This document shows, in pieces, positions 1 through 9,453 of a stretch of DNA of 16,675 nt. A program made the position numbers and the translations under genes. The stretch is from a virus. Lineage: Duplodnaviria > Heunggongvirae > Uroviricota > Caudoviricetes. Location: IMG/VR virus record IMGVR_UViG_2639762982_000011; one strand, given 5' to 3'. Position 1 is the first letter of the stretch, and each line of letters begins with the position of its first letter. The notes under the pieces are model-generated. The model worked only from the letters and a program-made list of their open reading frames with translations. It was not told where the DNA came from and did not search any database.

Positions 1-63
1 GCGGGGAAGTTTGCTTCTTTGAGGGGCAGGTTTTCGTTTACGGGGTTTAGCTGAACGGGACAT
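1..63 (-). CDS. 5' end of outward-reading ORF, partial (N-terminus MSRSAKPRKRKPAPQRSKLPR...); duplicate of the ORF starting at 16552
   Basis: ATG is the reverse complement of 61..63 and the frame stays open to the window edge. Identical to the right-arm copy, which continues YVVKLHDDDFFDEEDAEALR. Weak SD (AGGT) upstream. Confidence 0.45.
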   Translation of the reverse strand, partial: MSRSAKPRKRKPAPQRSKLPR

Positions 64-76
64 ATAACTACCTGAA

Positions 77-125
77 AGACAATGATATTGTCTGTTTTTA
101 TAACGGTAATTTCAGGCCATGACAA
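77..125 (-). promoter_or_regulatory. Putative sigma70 promoter plus palindromic operator (left-arm copy)
   Basis: Mirror of the right-arm element: -35 TTGTCA (rc 120..125), 17-bp spacer, -10 TATAAA (rc 97..102), then perfect palindrome AGACAAT-N3-ATTGTCT (77..93) between -10 and the ATG. Confidence 0.4.
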
Positions 126-621
126 GCCGCAGCCGCCAGGCTGCCTACTCGATATTAAATCCCATCCAGAATAATTGAATAACGGCTATTATTTAGTCGC
201 CGCAATATCTTCAAAGTTTTTTTCTCACCCCATTGCTTTTTGCGCACAGCTTATCTGGCTTGCGGTGCGCCGAAATGTAAATTCGCCTTCAGAGTTATCC
301 ACAAAGTTATGCACTTGCAACGAGGCCATTTTCCTCATACTGTGTTTGCACACACAGGAAATGGATATTTTATTAATTGAATTTTATTAAATAATAATGA
401 TAAGGAGAAAATTTGAGATGTAATCATGACATTAATAGATAGGGCCTGCATTACAGGCCCCAACTACATCAAGGAATTCACAGTTCCCTGATTTTTATAC
501 CGAAAACATGTGCCGTAAGTTCACGTTAACGACTTTCTTTCACCGAATCCAACTATATAGAGGTTGGGTTTCTACGTCAACGTGAGAGCACACAGCTTTA
601 CATTTGACGAGGATTACCCTG

Positions 622-759
622 ATGATTGTATTTTTTCAGTTTCTAAGTGCATTTTTAAATGCGCCTGTTCTTAGCCAAGTGCTGGCGATTGTCTTCATCG
701 TGGTTCTGATATGGTTTTTCAAGTCAGTGATAAACAGAGGCGTGCGCTGGCTTATTTAA
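622..759 (+). CDS. Small hydrophobic peptide, 45 aa (MIVFFQFLSAFLNAPVLSQVLAIVFIVVLIWFFKSVINRGVRWLI); single predicted transmembrane helix
   Basis: Hand translation; below the ORF-track length cutoff. GAGGA at 609..613, 8 nt upstream of ATG 622. Basic C-terminal tail. Confidence 0.3.
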   Translation: MIVFFQFLSAFLNAPVLSQVLAIVFIVVLIWFFKSVINRGVRWLI

Positions 760-1297
760 TGTCGCGCTGAGATATTAATTCCCTTGCTGTTTAACCATTT
801 TTTGTGTGTGCTGGTGAGCGTGTGAAGGCTCAATTTGTTGCCCACCAGTATTTACTATTTCTAAGCTCCACAGTGTCACTTCCGCACAAACAACTTAGCG
901 CGGAATCAGTATTCGGCCCAAGATGTAAAAAGCCAACCTGCGTTATGGTTCGCATTTCCAAATAGTGTTCTGAACGCCCGTGCCGGGCGCGAGATGTGGA
1001 TTAGCGTTCGCGCTATGCTGATATACGGCTTTAGACTTTCCATATTGCTGACAGGCTTTATCTGCGGTTTTTTGCAGGCTATCCAGCCCATACCAGCCAT
1101 CAGACTGGATGCTTACCTTTTCACCGTCATTGTATTGCACCATCGCGAACCCAAACATAGCTATCATCGCACCGACAATACCGCTTTTCCAAAAAGCTCT
1201 AATTAGGTCATTCGTTGCCTAATGTCCGAACTGCTAAAGCATCAAAGTTGCTGTAGAATCACCGCCAATTACTTAAGCCTGAAATAAGTGGAAGAAA

Positions 1298-2854
1298 ATG
1301 ACAAGTATTCAACAACGTGCAGAACTTCATCGCCAGATCTGGCAAATTGCTAACGATGTCAGGGGTTCAGTCGATGGATGGGATTTTAAGCAGTACGTTC
1401 TGGGCGCGCTTTTTTATCGTTTTATCAGCGAAAATTTTTCCAGCTATATGGAAGCCGATGATGACAGCATCTGTTATGCAGCACTGGATGACAGCGTAAT
1501 TACTGATGACATTAAAGACGATGCCATCAAAACCAAAGGCTACTTCATCTACCCAAGCCAGCTTTTCTGCAACGTAGCTGCGAAAGCAAATACCAATGAC
1601 AGACTGAATGCAGATTTAAACAGTATCTTCGTTGCTATCGAAAGTTCTGCTTACGGCTACCCTTCAGAAGCAGACATCAAAGGTTTGTTTGCTGATTTCG
1701 ATACCACCAGTAACCGCCTGGGTAACACCGTTAAAGATAAAAATGCCCGCCTGGCTGCGGTTCTGAAAGGGGTTGAAGGGTTAAAACTTGGTGACTTCAC
1801 CGAACATCAGATTGATCTGTTCGGTGACGCCTATGAGTTCCTGATTTCTAACTATGCCGCGAATGCCGGTAAGTCCGGCGGCGAGTTCTTTACACCGCAG
1901 CACGTCTCTAAGCTGATTGCACAACTGGCTATGCACGGGCAGACCCACGTTAACAAAATCTACGACCCGGCAGCAGGCTCCGGTTCGCTGTTGTTGCAGG
2001 CTAAAAAACAGTTTGATGACCATATCATCGAAGAAGGTTTTTTTGGTCAGGAAATCAACCATACGACCTATAACCTGGCGCGTATGAACATGTTTTTGCA
2101 CAACATCAACTACGACAAGTTTGATATCAAGCTGGGCAATACGCTGACTGAACCACACTTCAGAGATGAAAAACCGTTTGATGCCATCGTTTCTAACCCG
2201 CCGTATTCGGTGAAATGGATTGGCAGCGATGACCCGACGCTGATTAACGATGAACGTTTTGCCCCGGCTGGCGTTCTGGCCCCCAAATCAAAAGCTGACT
2301 TCGCCTTTGTACTACATGCGCTGAACTATCTTTCTGCCAAAGGTCGTGCTGCGATTGTTTGCTTCCCGGGTATTTTTTACCGTGGCGGCGCGGAGCAGAA
2401 AATCCGTCAGTATCTGGTTGATAATAACTATGTCGAAACCGTGATTTCACTGGCACCGAACCTGTTCTTTGGCACCACCATTGCCGTAAACATTCTGGTG
2501 TTGTCTAAACATAAAACAGATACAAAAGTTCAGTTTATTGACGCCAGCGAACTATTCAAAAAAGAGACCAACAACAATATCCTGACCGATGCCCATATCG
2601 AACAGATTATGCAGGTATTTGCCAGCAAGGAAGATGTTGCTCATCTGGCGAAATCAGTCGCGTTTGAGACCGTTGTTGCTAATGACTATAACCTGTCGGT
2701 GAGCAGCTATGTTGAAGCGAAAGATACTCGCGAAATTATCGATATCGCTGAGTTGAATGCAGAGCTGAAAATCACGGTCAGCAAAATCGACCAGTTGCGT
2801 AAAGATATTGATGCGATTGTGGCTGAAATTGAAGGCTGCGAGGTGCAGAAATGA
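1298..2854 (+). CDS. hsdM: Type I restriction-modification DNA methyltransferase subunit HsdM (N6-adenine), type IC family
   Basis: 518-aa ORF. AdoMet-binding motif [10 protein letters not shown] and catalytic NPPYS motif. Stop overlaps the hsdS start (ATGA at 2851..2854). N-terminus [15 protein letters not shown] resembles EcoR124-family HsdM as I recall it. Confidence 0.95.
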   Translation: MTSIQQRAELHRQIWQIANDVRGSVDGWDFKQYVLGALFYRFISENFSSYMEADDDSICYAALDDSVITDDIKDDAIKTKGYFIYPSQLFCNVAAKANTNDRLNADLNSIFVAIESSAYGYPSEADIKGLFADFDTTSNRLGNTVKDKNARLAAVLKGVEGLKLGDFTEHQIDLFGDAYEFLISNYAANAGKSGGEFFTPQHVSKLIAQLAMHGQTHVNKIYDPAAGSGSLLLQAKKQFDDHIIEEGFFGQEINHTTYNLARMNMFLHNINYDKFDIKLGNTLTEPHFRDEKPFDAIVSNPPYSVKWIGSDDPTLINDERFAPAGVLAPKSKADFAFVLHALNYLSAKGRAAIVCFPGIFYRGGAEQKIRQYLVDNNYVETVISLAPNLFFGTTIAVNILVLSKHKTDTKVQFIDASELFKKETNNNILTDAHIEQIMQVFASKEDVAHLAKSVAFETVVANDYNLSVSSYVEAKDTREIIDIAELNAELKITVSKIDQLRKDIDAIVAEIEGCEVQK

Positions 2855-4107
2855 GCGAGTTGAGTTATCTGGAAAAATTGCTGGATGGGGTTGAGGTTGA
2901 GTGGAAACCCTTGAAGGATGTTTGTGATTTTAAAAATGGATTTGCATTTAAAAGCAGCTTATTTAAAGAAACTGGGTTACCGATAGTTAGAATCACAAAT
3001 ATAGATGGATTTAATGTTGACTTAGATGAGGTGAAATACTTTTCACTAAATGATTACAAGGAAGATTTATCCTCCTTTGAGGTATCTATGGGAAATATAT
3101 TGATTGCAATGTCAGGTGCCACTACAGGAAAAGTGGGAATTTATAAAAAAGGAACAAAATGTTATCTTAACCAACGGGTTGGAAAATTCATACCCAAAGA
3201 AAATATTCTAAACAATAATTATTTATACCATTTTTTATTGTTAAATACAGAGACTATTTATATCCTCGCCGGGGGCGGAGCACAACCGAATCTAAGCTCA
3301 AATGCATTGATGTCAAAACTACTCATCCCAATTCCCTGCCCGGATAATCCGGAAAAATCCCTCGCCATCCAGTCTGAAATCGTTCGGATTCTGGACAAAT
3401 TTACTGCACTTACCGCTGAGCTTACCGCTGAGCTTAACATGCGTAAAAAACAGTACAACTACTATCGCGACCAGTTGCTGAGTTTTAAAGAGGGTGAGGT
3501 TGAGTGGAAGGCATTGGGAGAAGTAGCCAAAATACAACGTGGGGCATCCCCCAGGCCAATTGTTAATTATCTTACTGAACAAGGAAATGGTATCCCATGG
3601 ATTAAAATCGGAGATACTATCCCCGGCTCTAAATACATTGACAAAACCTTACAAAAAATAACTGCAGAGGGTGCCCAAAAATCGCGAATCTTGAACCCCG
3701 GTGATTTCGTCATTTCTAACTCTATGAGCTTTGGCAGACCATATATTTTAAGGATAACCGGAGCTATCCATGATGGATGGGCATCAATCAGCAATTTTGG
3801 TGAAAAATTAAATGCTGATTATCTGTATCACTATCTTTCATCAAAAAAGGTGAAAAATTATTGGGAAAGTAAAATCAATAGCGGGTCGGTCAGTAACTTG
3901 AATGCAGATATTATAAAAACATTACCAGTGCCATTGCCTGATAAACAGAAACAAGAGCGAATATCTGCTCTGCTCGATAAATTCGACACCCTGACCAACT
4001 CCATCACCGAAGGTCTCCCGCGTGAAATCGAGTTGCGCCAGAAACAATACGAGTACTATCGTGACTTACTGTTCAGTTTCCCGAAACCTGAAACTGTCAG
4101 TAATTAA
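2851..4107 (+). CDS. hsdS: Type I restriction-modification specificity subunit HsdS, type IC family, two target-recognition domains
   Basis: 418 aa. Central conserved region ...[33 protein letters not shown] and C-terminal conserved region ...[36 protein letters not shown] separate two variable, AT-rich domains. Translationally coupled to hsdM. Confidence 0.95.
   Translation: MSELSYLEKLLDGVEVEWKPLKDVCDFKNGFAFKSSLFKETGLPIVRITNIDGFNVDLDEVKYFSLNDYKEDLSSFEVSMGNILIAMSGATTGKVGIYKKGTKCYLNQRVGKFIPKENILNNNYLYHFLLLNTETIYILAGGGAQPNLSSNALMSKLLIPIPCPDNPEKSLAIQSEIVRILDKFTALTAELTAELNMRKKQYNYYRDQLLSFKEGEVEWKALGEVAKIQRGASPRPIVNYLTEQGNGIPWIKIGDTIPGSKYIDKTLQKITAEGAQKSRILNPGDFVISNSMSFGRPYILRITGAIHDGWASISNFGEKLNADYLYHYLSSKKVKNYWESKINSGSVSNLNADIIKTLPVPLPDKQKQERISALLDKFDTLTNSITEGLPREIELRQKQYEYYRDLLFSFPKPETVSN
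3409..3432. repeat. Two tandem copies of 12-bp unit CTTACCGCTGAG (LTAE-LTAE) in the hsdS central conserved region
   Basis: Direct read: cttaccgctgag cttaccgctgag, in frame with hsdS. This is the repeat whose copy number sets spacer length in EcoR124I versus EcoR124II. Confidence 0.9.
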
Positions 4108-4228
4108 TTGACCATTGCTACCGACCGGACCACCTTAACATCCGGTCTGTATATAGACTATTTTTTACGTGCCGGAAGTCACCCTTAACTCCCTTCCGGC
4201 CCTTGCCAGACGGCACAAAGGATGCGCT
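4108..4228 (+). promoter_or_regulatory. hsdS-hsdR intergenic region; possible independent hsdR promoter and hairpin
   Basis: 121-bp gap. Hairpin ACCGGA...TCCGGT (about 4124..4147) followed by a T-run. Candidate TTAACA-N17-TAGACT. SD AAAGGA before ATG 4229. Weak promoter match. Confidence 0.3.
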
Positions 4229-7200
4229 ATGACTCATCAGACACACACTATTGCTGAATCCAATAACTTTATCGTCCTTGATAAGTACATCAAAGCTGAG
4301 CCAACAGGCGACAGCTACCAGAGCGAATCGGACCTGGAACGTGAACTGATTCAGGACCTGCGGAATCAGGGCTATGAATTTATATCCGTAAAATCTCAGT
4401 CGGCTATGCTGTCCAATGTTCGGGAACAGCTTCAGAGCCTCAATGGTGTGGTGTTTAATGACAGCGAGTGGCGGCGTTTCACGGAGCAGTATCTGGACAA
4501 CCCGAGCGATGGCATTCTGGATAAGACCCGTAAAATCCATATCGACTATATTTGCGACTTTATTTTTGACGACGGGCGTCTTGAGAACATCTATCTGATA
4601 GATAAAAAGAATCTCATGCGCAACAAAGTGCAGATTATCCAGCAGTTTGAACAGGCAGGTTCTCACGCTAACCGTTATGACGTAACTATCCTGGTTAATG
4701 GCTTGCCTCTGGTGCAAATCGAACTGAAAAAGCGCGGCGTGGCGATTCGTGAGGCTTTCAACCAGATACATCGTTACAGTAAAGAGAGTTTTAACAGCGA
4801 AAATTCCCTGTTTAAGTATCTGCAACTGTTTGTCATTTCTAACGGCACCGATACCCGTTACTTTGCCAACACCACAAAGCGCGATAAAAATAGTTTTGAC
4901 TTCACCATGAACTGGGCGAAATCAGACAACACGCTGATTAAAGACCTCAAAGATTTTACCGCTACCTTTTTCCAGAAACATACTCTGCTGAATGTTCTGG
5001 TGAACTACAGCGTTTTTGACAGTAGTCAGACGCTACTGGTGATGCGACCGTACCAGATTGCCGCCACCGAGCGCATTCTGTGGAAAATTAAGAGCTCCTT
5101 TACAGCGAAGAACTGGTCAAAACCGGAAAGCGGTGGGTATATCTGGCACACCACGGGTTCCGGTAAAACCCTGACCAGCTTTAAAGCCGCGCGTCTGGCA
5201 ACAGAACTGGACTTTATTGATAAAGTTTTCTTTGTGGTCGACAGGAAAGACCTCGATTACCAGACCATGAAGGAATATCAGCGTTTTTCGCCAGACAGCG
5301 TCAACGGCTCGGAAAATACCGCAGGTCTTAAACGAAATCTGGATAAGGACGATAACAAAATTATCGTCACCACTATTCAGAAACTTAATAACCTGATGAA
5401 AGCAGAAAGCGACCTGCCTGTATACAATCAGCAAGTGGTGTTTATATTTGATGAATGTCACCGCAGCCAGTTTGGAGAAGCACAGAAAAACCTGAAGAAG
5501 AAATTCAAACGCTATTATCAGTTTGGTTTTACCGGCACACCTATTTTCCCGGAAAACGCCTTAGGCTCAGAAACGACCGCCAGCGTATTTGGCCGTGAAT
5601 TGCATTCATATGTTATTACCGATGCGATTCGTGATGAAAAAGTGCTTAAATTCAAGGTGGACTACAACGATGTGCGGCCACAGTTTAAGTCTTTAGAGAC
5701 AGAAACTGACGAGAAAAAACTGAGTGCGGCTGAAAATCAGCAGGCGTTCCTTCATCCCATGCGTATTCAGGAAATTACGCAATATATCCTGAATAACTTC
5801 CGCCAGAAAACCCACCGTACTTTCCCTGGCTCCAAAGGTTTTAATGCCATGCTGGCAGTGAGCAGCGTGGATGCCGCGAAAGCCTATTACGCGACGTTTA
5901 AACGGTTACAAGAGGAAGCCGCTTATAAATCTGCTACCTATAAACCACTACGTGTTGCGACAATCTTCTCCTTTGCCGCTAATGAAGAACAAAATGCCAT
6001 TGGTGAAATTTCCGATGAAACTTTTGATACCAGCGCAATGGACAGCAGTGCTAAAGAGTTTCTCGACGCTGCAATTCGTGAATATAACAGCTATTTTAAA
6101 ACTAACTTCAGTACCGACAGTAACGGTTTTCAGAACTACTATCGTGATTTAGCCCAACGGGTTAAAAATCAGGATATCGATCTGTTAATTGTCGTTGGGA
6201 TGTTTTTAACCGGCTTCGACGCTCCAACATTGAACACGCTATTCGTCGATAAAAACTTGCGTTTTCACGGCCTGATGCAGGCATTCTCCCGCACCAACCG
6301 CATTTATGACGCGACTAAAACCTTCGGTAATATCGTCACGTTCCGGGATCTGGAACGCTCAACCATTGATGCCATAACGCTGTTTGGTGACAAAAATACC
6401 AAAAATGTGGTTTTAGAAAAGAGTTATGCAGAGTATATGGAAGGCTTTACTGATGCTGCCACTGGTGAAGCTAAACGCGGCTTCATGACAGTAGTTTCAG
6501 AACTGGAACAACGGTTCCCTGACCCTACCAGTATTGAAAGTGAAAAAGAGAAGAAAGACTTCGTTAAACTGTTTGGCGAATACCTGCGTGCCGAGAACAT
6601 CCTGCAAAACTATGATGAATTTGCCACGCTAAAAGCCCTGCAACAAATCGATCTTAGCGATCCTGTTGCGGTAGAAAAATTCAAAGCAGAACATTATGTG
6701 GATGATGAAAAGTTCGCTGAATTGCAAACAATTCGTCTCCCTGCTGATCGCAAGATTCAGGATTATCGTTCTGCCTATAACGATATTCGCGACTGGCAGC
6801 GCCGTGAGAAAGAAGCTGAGAAAAAAGAGAAATCAACCACTGACTGGGATGATGTAGTTTTTGAGGTCGATTTGCTGAAGTCTCAGGAAATAAACCTGGA
6901 TTATATCCTTGGACTGATTTTCGAACACAACAGACAAAATAAAGGCAAGGGCGAAATGATCGAAGAGGTCAAACGCTTAATTCGTTCAAGCCTGGGAAAC
7001 CGGGCGAAAGAGGGCCTGGTGGTCGATTTTATTCAGCAAACGAACCTGGATGATTTACCAGACAAAGCCAGTATCATTGAGGCATTCTTTACGTTTGCTC
7101 AACGCGAACAGCAACGTGAAGCAGAAGCATTGATAAAAGAAGAAAACCTCAATGAAGAAGCAGCAAAACGCTATATTCGCACGTCTTTAAAACGCGAATA

Positions 7201-7345
7201 CGCCACCGAAAATGGCACAGAATTAAACGAAACATTACCAAAACTTAGTCCGTTGAATCCGCAATATAAAACGAAAAAACAGGCAGTTTTCCAGAAAATC
7301 GTCTCGTTTATTGAGAAGTTTAAAGGCGTAGGCGGAAAAATATAG
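4229..7345 (+). CDS. hsdR: Type I restriction enzyme endonuclease/helicase subunit HsdR
   Basis: Walker [14 protein letters not shown]-type box FDECHR, nuclease-like D...ELK motif in the N-terminal region (VQIELKK). ATG 4229 has SD AAAGGA about 7 nt upstream; the ORF-track start at 4169 is a GTG without SD. Confidence 0.93.
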   Translation: MTHQTHTIAESNNFIVLDKYIKAEPTGDSYQSESDLERELIQDLRNQGYEFISVKSQSAMLSNVREQLQSLNGVVFNDSEWRRFTEQYLDNPSDGILDKTRKIHIDYICDFIFDDGRLENIYLIDKKNLMRNKVQIIQQFEQAGSHANRYDVTILVNGLPLVQIELKKRGVAIREAFNQIHRYSKESFNSENSLFKYLQLFVISNGTDTRYFANTTKRDKNSFDFTMNWAKSDNTLIKDLKDFTATFFQKHTLLNVLVNYSVFDSSQTLLVMRPYQIAATERILWKIKSSFTAKNWSKPESGGYIWHTTGSGKTLTSFKAARLATELDFIDKVFFVVDRKDLDYQTMKEYQRFSPDSVNGSENTAGLKRNLDKDDNKIIVTTIQKLNNLMKAESDLPVYNQQVVFIFDECHRSQFGEAQKNLKKKFKRYYQFGFTGTPIFPENALGSETTASVFGRELHSYVITDAIRDEKVLKFKVDYNDVRPQFKSLETETDEKKLSAAENQQAFLHPMRIQEITQYILNNFRQKTHRTFPGSKGFNAMLAVSSVDAAKAYYATFKRLQEEAAYKSATYKPLRVATIFSFAANEEQNAIGEISDETFDTSAMDSSAKEFLDAAIREYNSYFKTNFSTDSNGFQNYYRDLAQRVKNQDIDLLIVVGMFLTGFDAPTLNTLFVDKNLRFHGLMQAFSRTNRIYDATKTFGNIVTFRDLERSTIDAITLFGDKNTKNVVLEKSYAEYMEGFTDAATGEAKRGFMTVVSELEQRFPDPTSIESEKEKKDFVKLFGEYLRAENILQNYDEFATLKALQQIDLSDPVAVEKFKAEHYVDDEKFAELQTIRLPADRKIQDYRSAYNDIRDWQRREKEAEKKEKSTTDWDDVVFEVDLLKSQEINLDYILGLIFEHNRQNKGKGEMIEEVKRLIRSSLGNRAKEGLVVDFIQQTNLDDLPDKASIIEAFFTFAQREQQREAEALIKEENLNEEAAKRYIRTSLKREYATENGTELNETLPKLSPLNPQYKTKKQAVFQKIVSFIEKFKGVGGKI

Positions 7346-7361
7346 CCCAATTCGTGTTTTT

Positions 7362-7389
7362 CTTGCGGGTTCTTAATTAAACCCGCAAG
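7362..7389. other. 9-bp stem hairpin just after the hsdR stop (CTTGCGGGT / ACCCGCAAG)
   Basis: Perfect inverted repeat with 10-nt loop. T-run precedes rather than follows the stem on the + strand, so not a canonical terminator. Confidence 0.3.
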
Positions 7390-7424
7390 AGACCGTGGGG
7401 TTCCAAATGGCTAATATACTCCCC

Positions 7425-7511
7425 TTACCCATGCGCAACGATGCCGCCAAAAATGATAGAGAACAGCCAGAAATAGATCGCGGCCATAATGATTTTGAAT
7501 GCCGTGTTCAT
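7425..7511 (-). CDS. Small membrane peptide, 28 aa (MNTAFKIIMAAIYFWLFSIIFGGIVAHG)
   Basis: Hand translation. Strong SD AGGAG about 8 nt upstream of the ATG (rc of 7509..7511). Single hydrophobic helix. Lies downstream of operator-like promoter 7581..7610. Confidence 0.4.
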   Translation of the reverse strand: MNTAFKIIMAAIYFWLFSIIFGGIVAHG

Positions 7512-7539
7512 ATTTTCAGCTCCTGTGATTGATTGGATA

Positions 7540-7570
7540 CATGCCGCGCCTTGCGGCATGTTTTTATTTT
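7540..7570 (+). terminator. Rho-independent terminator-like hairpin (CATGCCGC-GCCTT-GCGGCATG followed by TTTTTATTTT)
   Basis: 8-bp GC-rich stem, 5-nt loop, T-rich tract immediately 3' on the + strand. On the minus strand it sits in the leader of the 28-aa ORF. Confidence 0.5.
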
Positions 7571-7580
7571 CACTTTCTCT

Positions 7581-7610
7581 GTTTTAAAAATCAAGACTTA
7601 TTAGAGCAAT
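7581..7610 (-). promoter_or_regulatory. Operator-like element ATTGCTCTAATAAGTCT (P1 C1-operator-like) fused to a conserved ATTTTTAAAAC element; putative repressor-controlled promoter
   Basis: Minus-strand read ATTGCTCTAATAAGTCTTGATTTTTAAAAC. 13/17 match to the P1 C1 operator consensus ATTGCTCTAATAAATTT as recalled. Same bipartite 30-nt element recurs at 9723..9752 (26/30 identical). TTGCTC-N17-TAAAAC geometry. Confidence 0.5.
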
Positions 7611-8116
7611 TATTGTTGATGGAGAAGCGCGTTTTCATACTCCCTGACCATTAACGTAAGTACGCCGTGACTCCTGAAAACACGCGCCACTTCAATCTTA
7701 TCTTCCAGCGCGAACGCAATTTTACTTAGACCAATTTTCTTCAGGAGATCAATCTTTGCTGGACCGTCATTTCTGTCATCGGTGGCAGGACGCATAGATA
7801 GCAAAGGCTCAGCCCCATTTGTTACGTGCTTACGCAACCAGGCTCGTGTTTTATCCCTGGCTATCTCACAGCGCCCGGTTACAAACCAGAGGGTGTAAAT
7901 GCCGGACAACTGGCGCACCATATCAATAACTGGAGTGATGGGAGCATCAGTGTCACAGGCAAGGTTAAACTCGTTCCAGTGCTCTGTTAATGCACCTTTG
8001 CCAGGTGGTGGAAGTAAATGCAGCCTGTCTTCCGTTGCCTCTGATATCGTCCCATCAATATCTACTATGACGATGTACGGACGTTCCTGGTGTGCGTGTT
8101 TATTGAAAATACTCAA
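7610..8116 (-). CDS. HAD-superfamily phosphatase-like protein (168 aa)
   Basis: N-terminal motif IVIVDIDGTIS (DxDGT, HAD motif I). Start is TTG at 8116 with strong SD GAGGAGG upstream. Substrate not inferable. Confidence 0.7.
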   Translation of the reverse strand: MSIFNKHAHQERPYIVIVDIDGTISEATEDRLHLLPPPGKGALTEHWNEFNLACDTDAPITPVIDMVRQLSGIYTLWFVTGRCEIARDKTRAWLRKHVTNGAEPLLSMRPATDDRNDGPAKIDLLKKIGLSKIAFALEDKIEVARVFRSHGVLTLMVREYENALLHQQ

Positions 8117-8188
8117 ATGCCCTCCTCATTGGACGAAAAAAATGCTGGTGGGAGCACTCCACCAGCATTAAAAGTGACACTGTAACTA

Positions 8189-9394
8189 TCAGCGAACGTA
8201 AATAGTGCCGCCGTTCTCTTTTTCCCATGCATCGCTACGTGCATAGCAAACATCGAGAAGTCTTCTTGCCGCAGTTTCCTCTAAACCCAATTCGACAACC
8301 AACTGCTCATGACGGCGGGTAACCACATCAAACAGGGTATGCAGCCCTTTAGTTGCCAGATCATCAATGAATTCCGGTTCGAACGGCAGCTCTGCATCTG
8401 CTAACATAACCTCTTGCGCCCACTCAACTCGACGGACCAGTTCCGGGCGGCGGCTTTCCATCTCTTTACAGATCAATTCATGGAAGAACTCTACCCAACC
8501 TTCCGGCTGGAACTCGCGGAAAATTGCCAACGGCTGGAAGTTTGGCATCAACCATTCGTTGATTCGGATATCAATGGCATAGCCCATGTCGCAGCAGAAC
8601 TGATAAGCAAAGTCCAGCTTAGAAACGATATAAGGACGCTCGTTATTGAACTCTTTAGGCGATGAGATCCCATAAGCCAGGAGGCGCGGGAAGAAGGAGA
8701 TTTGCCCTAACGTCGGATGAAGTTTGCTTGCAGGGAAACGGCGCTCAGTAATGCCATACATTTCCTTCTTGAGCGTCGCAAATTTGGCATTCTCATTAAC
8801 CAGCGCGGTAACCTCTGCTTTTTTATTAGCAAATGCCACGCGCGCTTCGCTTGCATCTTTAATAGTTTTTTTGAGCTGTTGGTTAAGGTCGGCGACCTGC
8901 TTACGCAGTTCCTGTCGCTCGCTTTTAGCTTTGTTATAGCGTTTCTCAAGGTTAAAAGGATCAAGTTTCATGATCTCTTTATATTGAGATTTTAGCGTTG
9001 AAATCTGTGAGTTCCGCAGTTCAACCATCGCGGTCATTTCATTGAGTTTTGTTTCCAGCTCAATGCTTATACGTTCGGCATTATCAGCACGCTGGTTGGC
9101 GTCATGCGTCGCATCGTCGATCGCGTCCTGTTGCTGGCGTTTCAAATGTTCAATTTGCAGCTGAAGCTCTTCAATTTCTTTACCCTTCAGACCGAGATCC
9201 AACTGCATATTTTCAGCTGCATCTACCAGGGAGTTATGGCTATCAGCTTCTGCGTTATAAACATCAATAAGCTGTGCGTGAAGCATCTCCGCTGACTGAA
9301 CCGCATTATCAAAAAAAACGTGCTGTGAGGTCATCACAACTAACGCGGCGTTGCGCGGCCCGGATGTTCTGGATAATGGCCGGGATACCGGCAT
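8189..9394 (-). CDS. Coiled-coil protein with uncharacterised C-terminal domain (401 aa as called); 5' end probably extends to ATG 9452 across a frameshift
   Basis: N-terminal half is heptad-rich and charged (EELQLQIEHLKRQQQ..., RQELRKQVADLNQQLKK); C-terminal about 200 aa is globular-looking. No SD before ATG 9394 or 9334. See homopolymer at 9311..9318. Confidence 0.75.
   Translation of the reverse strand: MPVSRPLSRTSGPRNAALVVMTSQHVFFDNAVQSAEMLHAQLIDVYNAEADSHNSLVDAAENMQLDLGLKGKEIEELQLQIEHLKRQQQDAIDDATHDANQRADNAERISIELETKLNEMTAMVELRNSQISTLKSQYKEIMKLDPFNLEKRYNKAKSERQELRKQVADLNQQLKKTIKDASEARVAFANKKAEVTALVNENAKFATLKKEMYGITERRFPASKLHPTLGQISFFPRLLAYGISSPKEFNNERPYIVSKLDFAYQFCCDMGYAIDIRINEWLMPNFQPLAIFREFQPEGWVEFFHELICKEMESRRPELVRRVEWAQEVMLADAELPFEPEFIDDLATKGLHTLFDVVTRRHEQLVVELGLEETAARRLLDVCYARSDAWEKENGGTIYVR
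9311..9318. other. A8/T8 homopolymer tract at a frame junction inside the 5' region of the coiled-coil gene
   Basis: ORF starting at ATG 9452 (MSTSAQNQSIENVSIPDVLNAGIPAIIQNIRAAQRRVSCDDLTARFF) stops immediately after the tract. Removing one T fuses it in frame to the 8189..9394 ORF. Confidence 0.8.
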
Positions 9395-9453
9395 TCAGGA
9401 CATCAGGGATAGATACATTTTCGATTGATTGGTTTTGTGCTGAAGTGCTCATT

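Larger units (their letters stand above)
1..152. repeat. Left arm of perfect inverted repeat (partner 16463..16614); probably extends beyond the left window edge
   Basis: Reverse complement of 1..152 is identical to 16463..16614, checked in three blocks (1-60, 61-120, 121-152). Identity breaks at 153/16462. The right arm runs on to the window end, so the true repeat is likely longer. Confidence 0.9.

Noticed and set aside
175-390. 71-aa + strand ORF from the track
   Set aside because: No ribosome-binding site, odd composition, lies in AT-rich non-coding-looking DNA; most likely a chance ORF.
441-470. Hairpin GGGCCTG-CATTA-CAGGCCC as a terminator
   Set aside because: No adjacent U-tract on the + strand and only a weak one on the minus strand, with no gene ending nearby.
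906-1206. Three mutually overlapping small ORFs (906..1100 -, 943..1167 -, 994..1206 +) just upstream of hsdM
   Set aside because: They exclude one another and none has a convincing SD. The 943..1167 product looks the most protein-like, but I cannot choose without homology or expression data.
1781-2456. Minus-strand ORFs inside hsdM (1781..2158, 2244..2456), and similar antisense ORFs inside hsdS, hsdR and other genes
   Set aside because: Shadow ORFs on the opposite strand of well-supported genes.
4146-4163. CTGTATATAGACTAT, superficially LexA-box-like
   Set aside because: Lacks the conserved CAG at the 3' half-site (CTG-N10-CAG), so not a credible SOS box.
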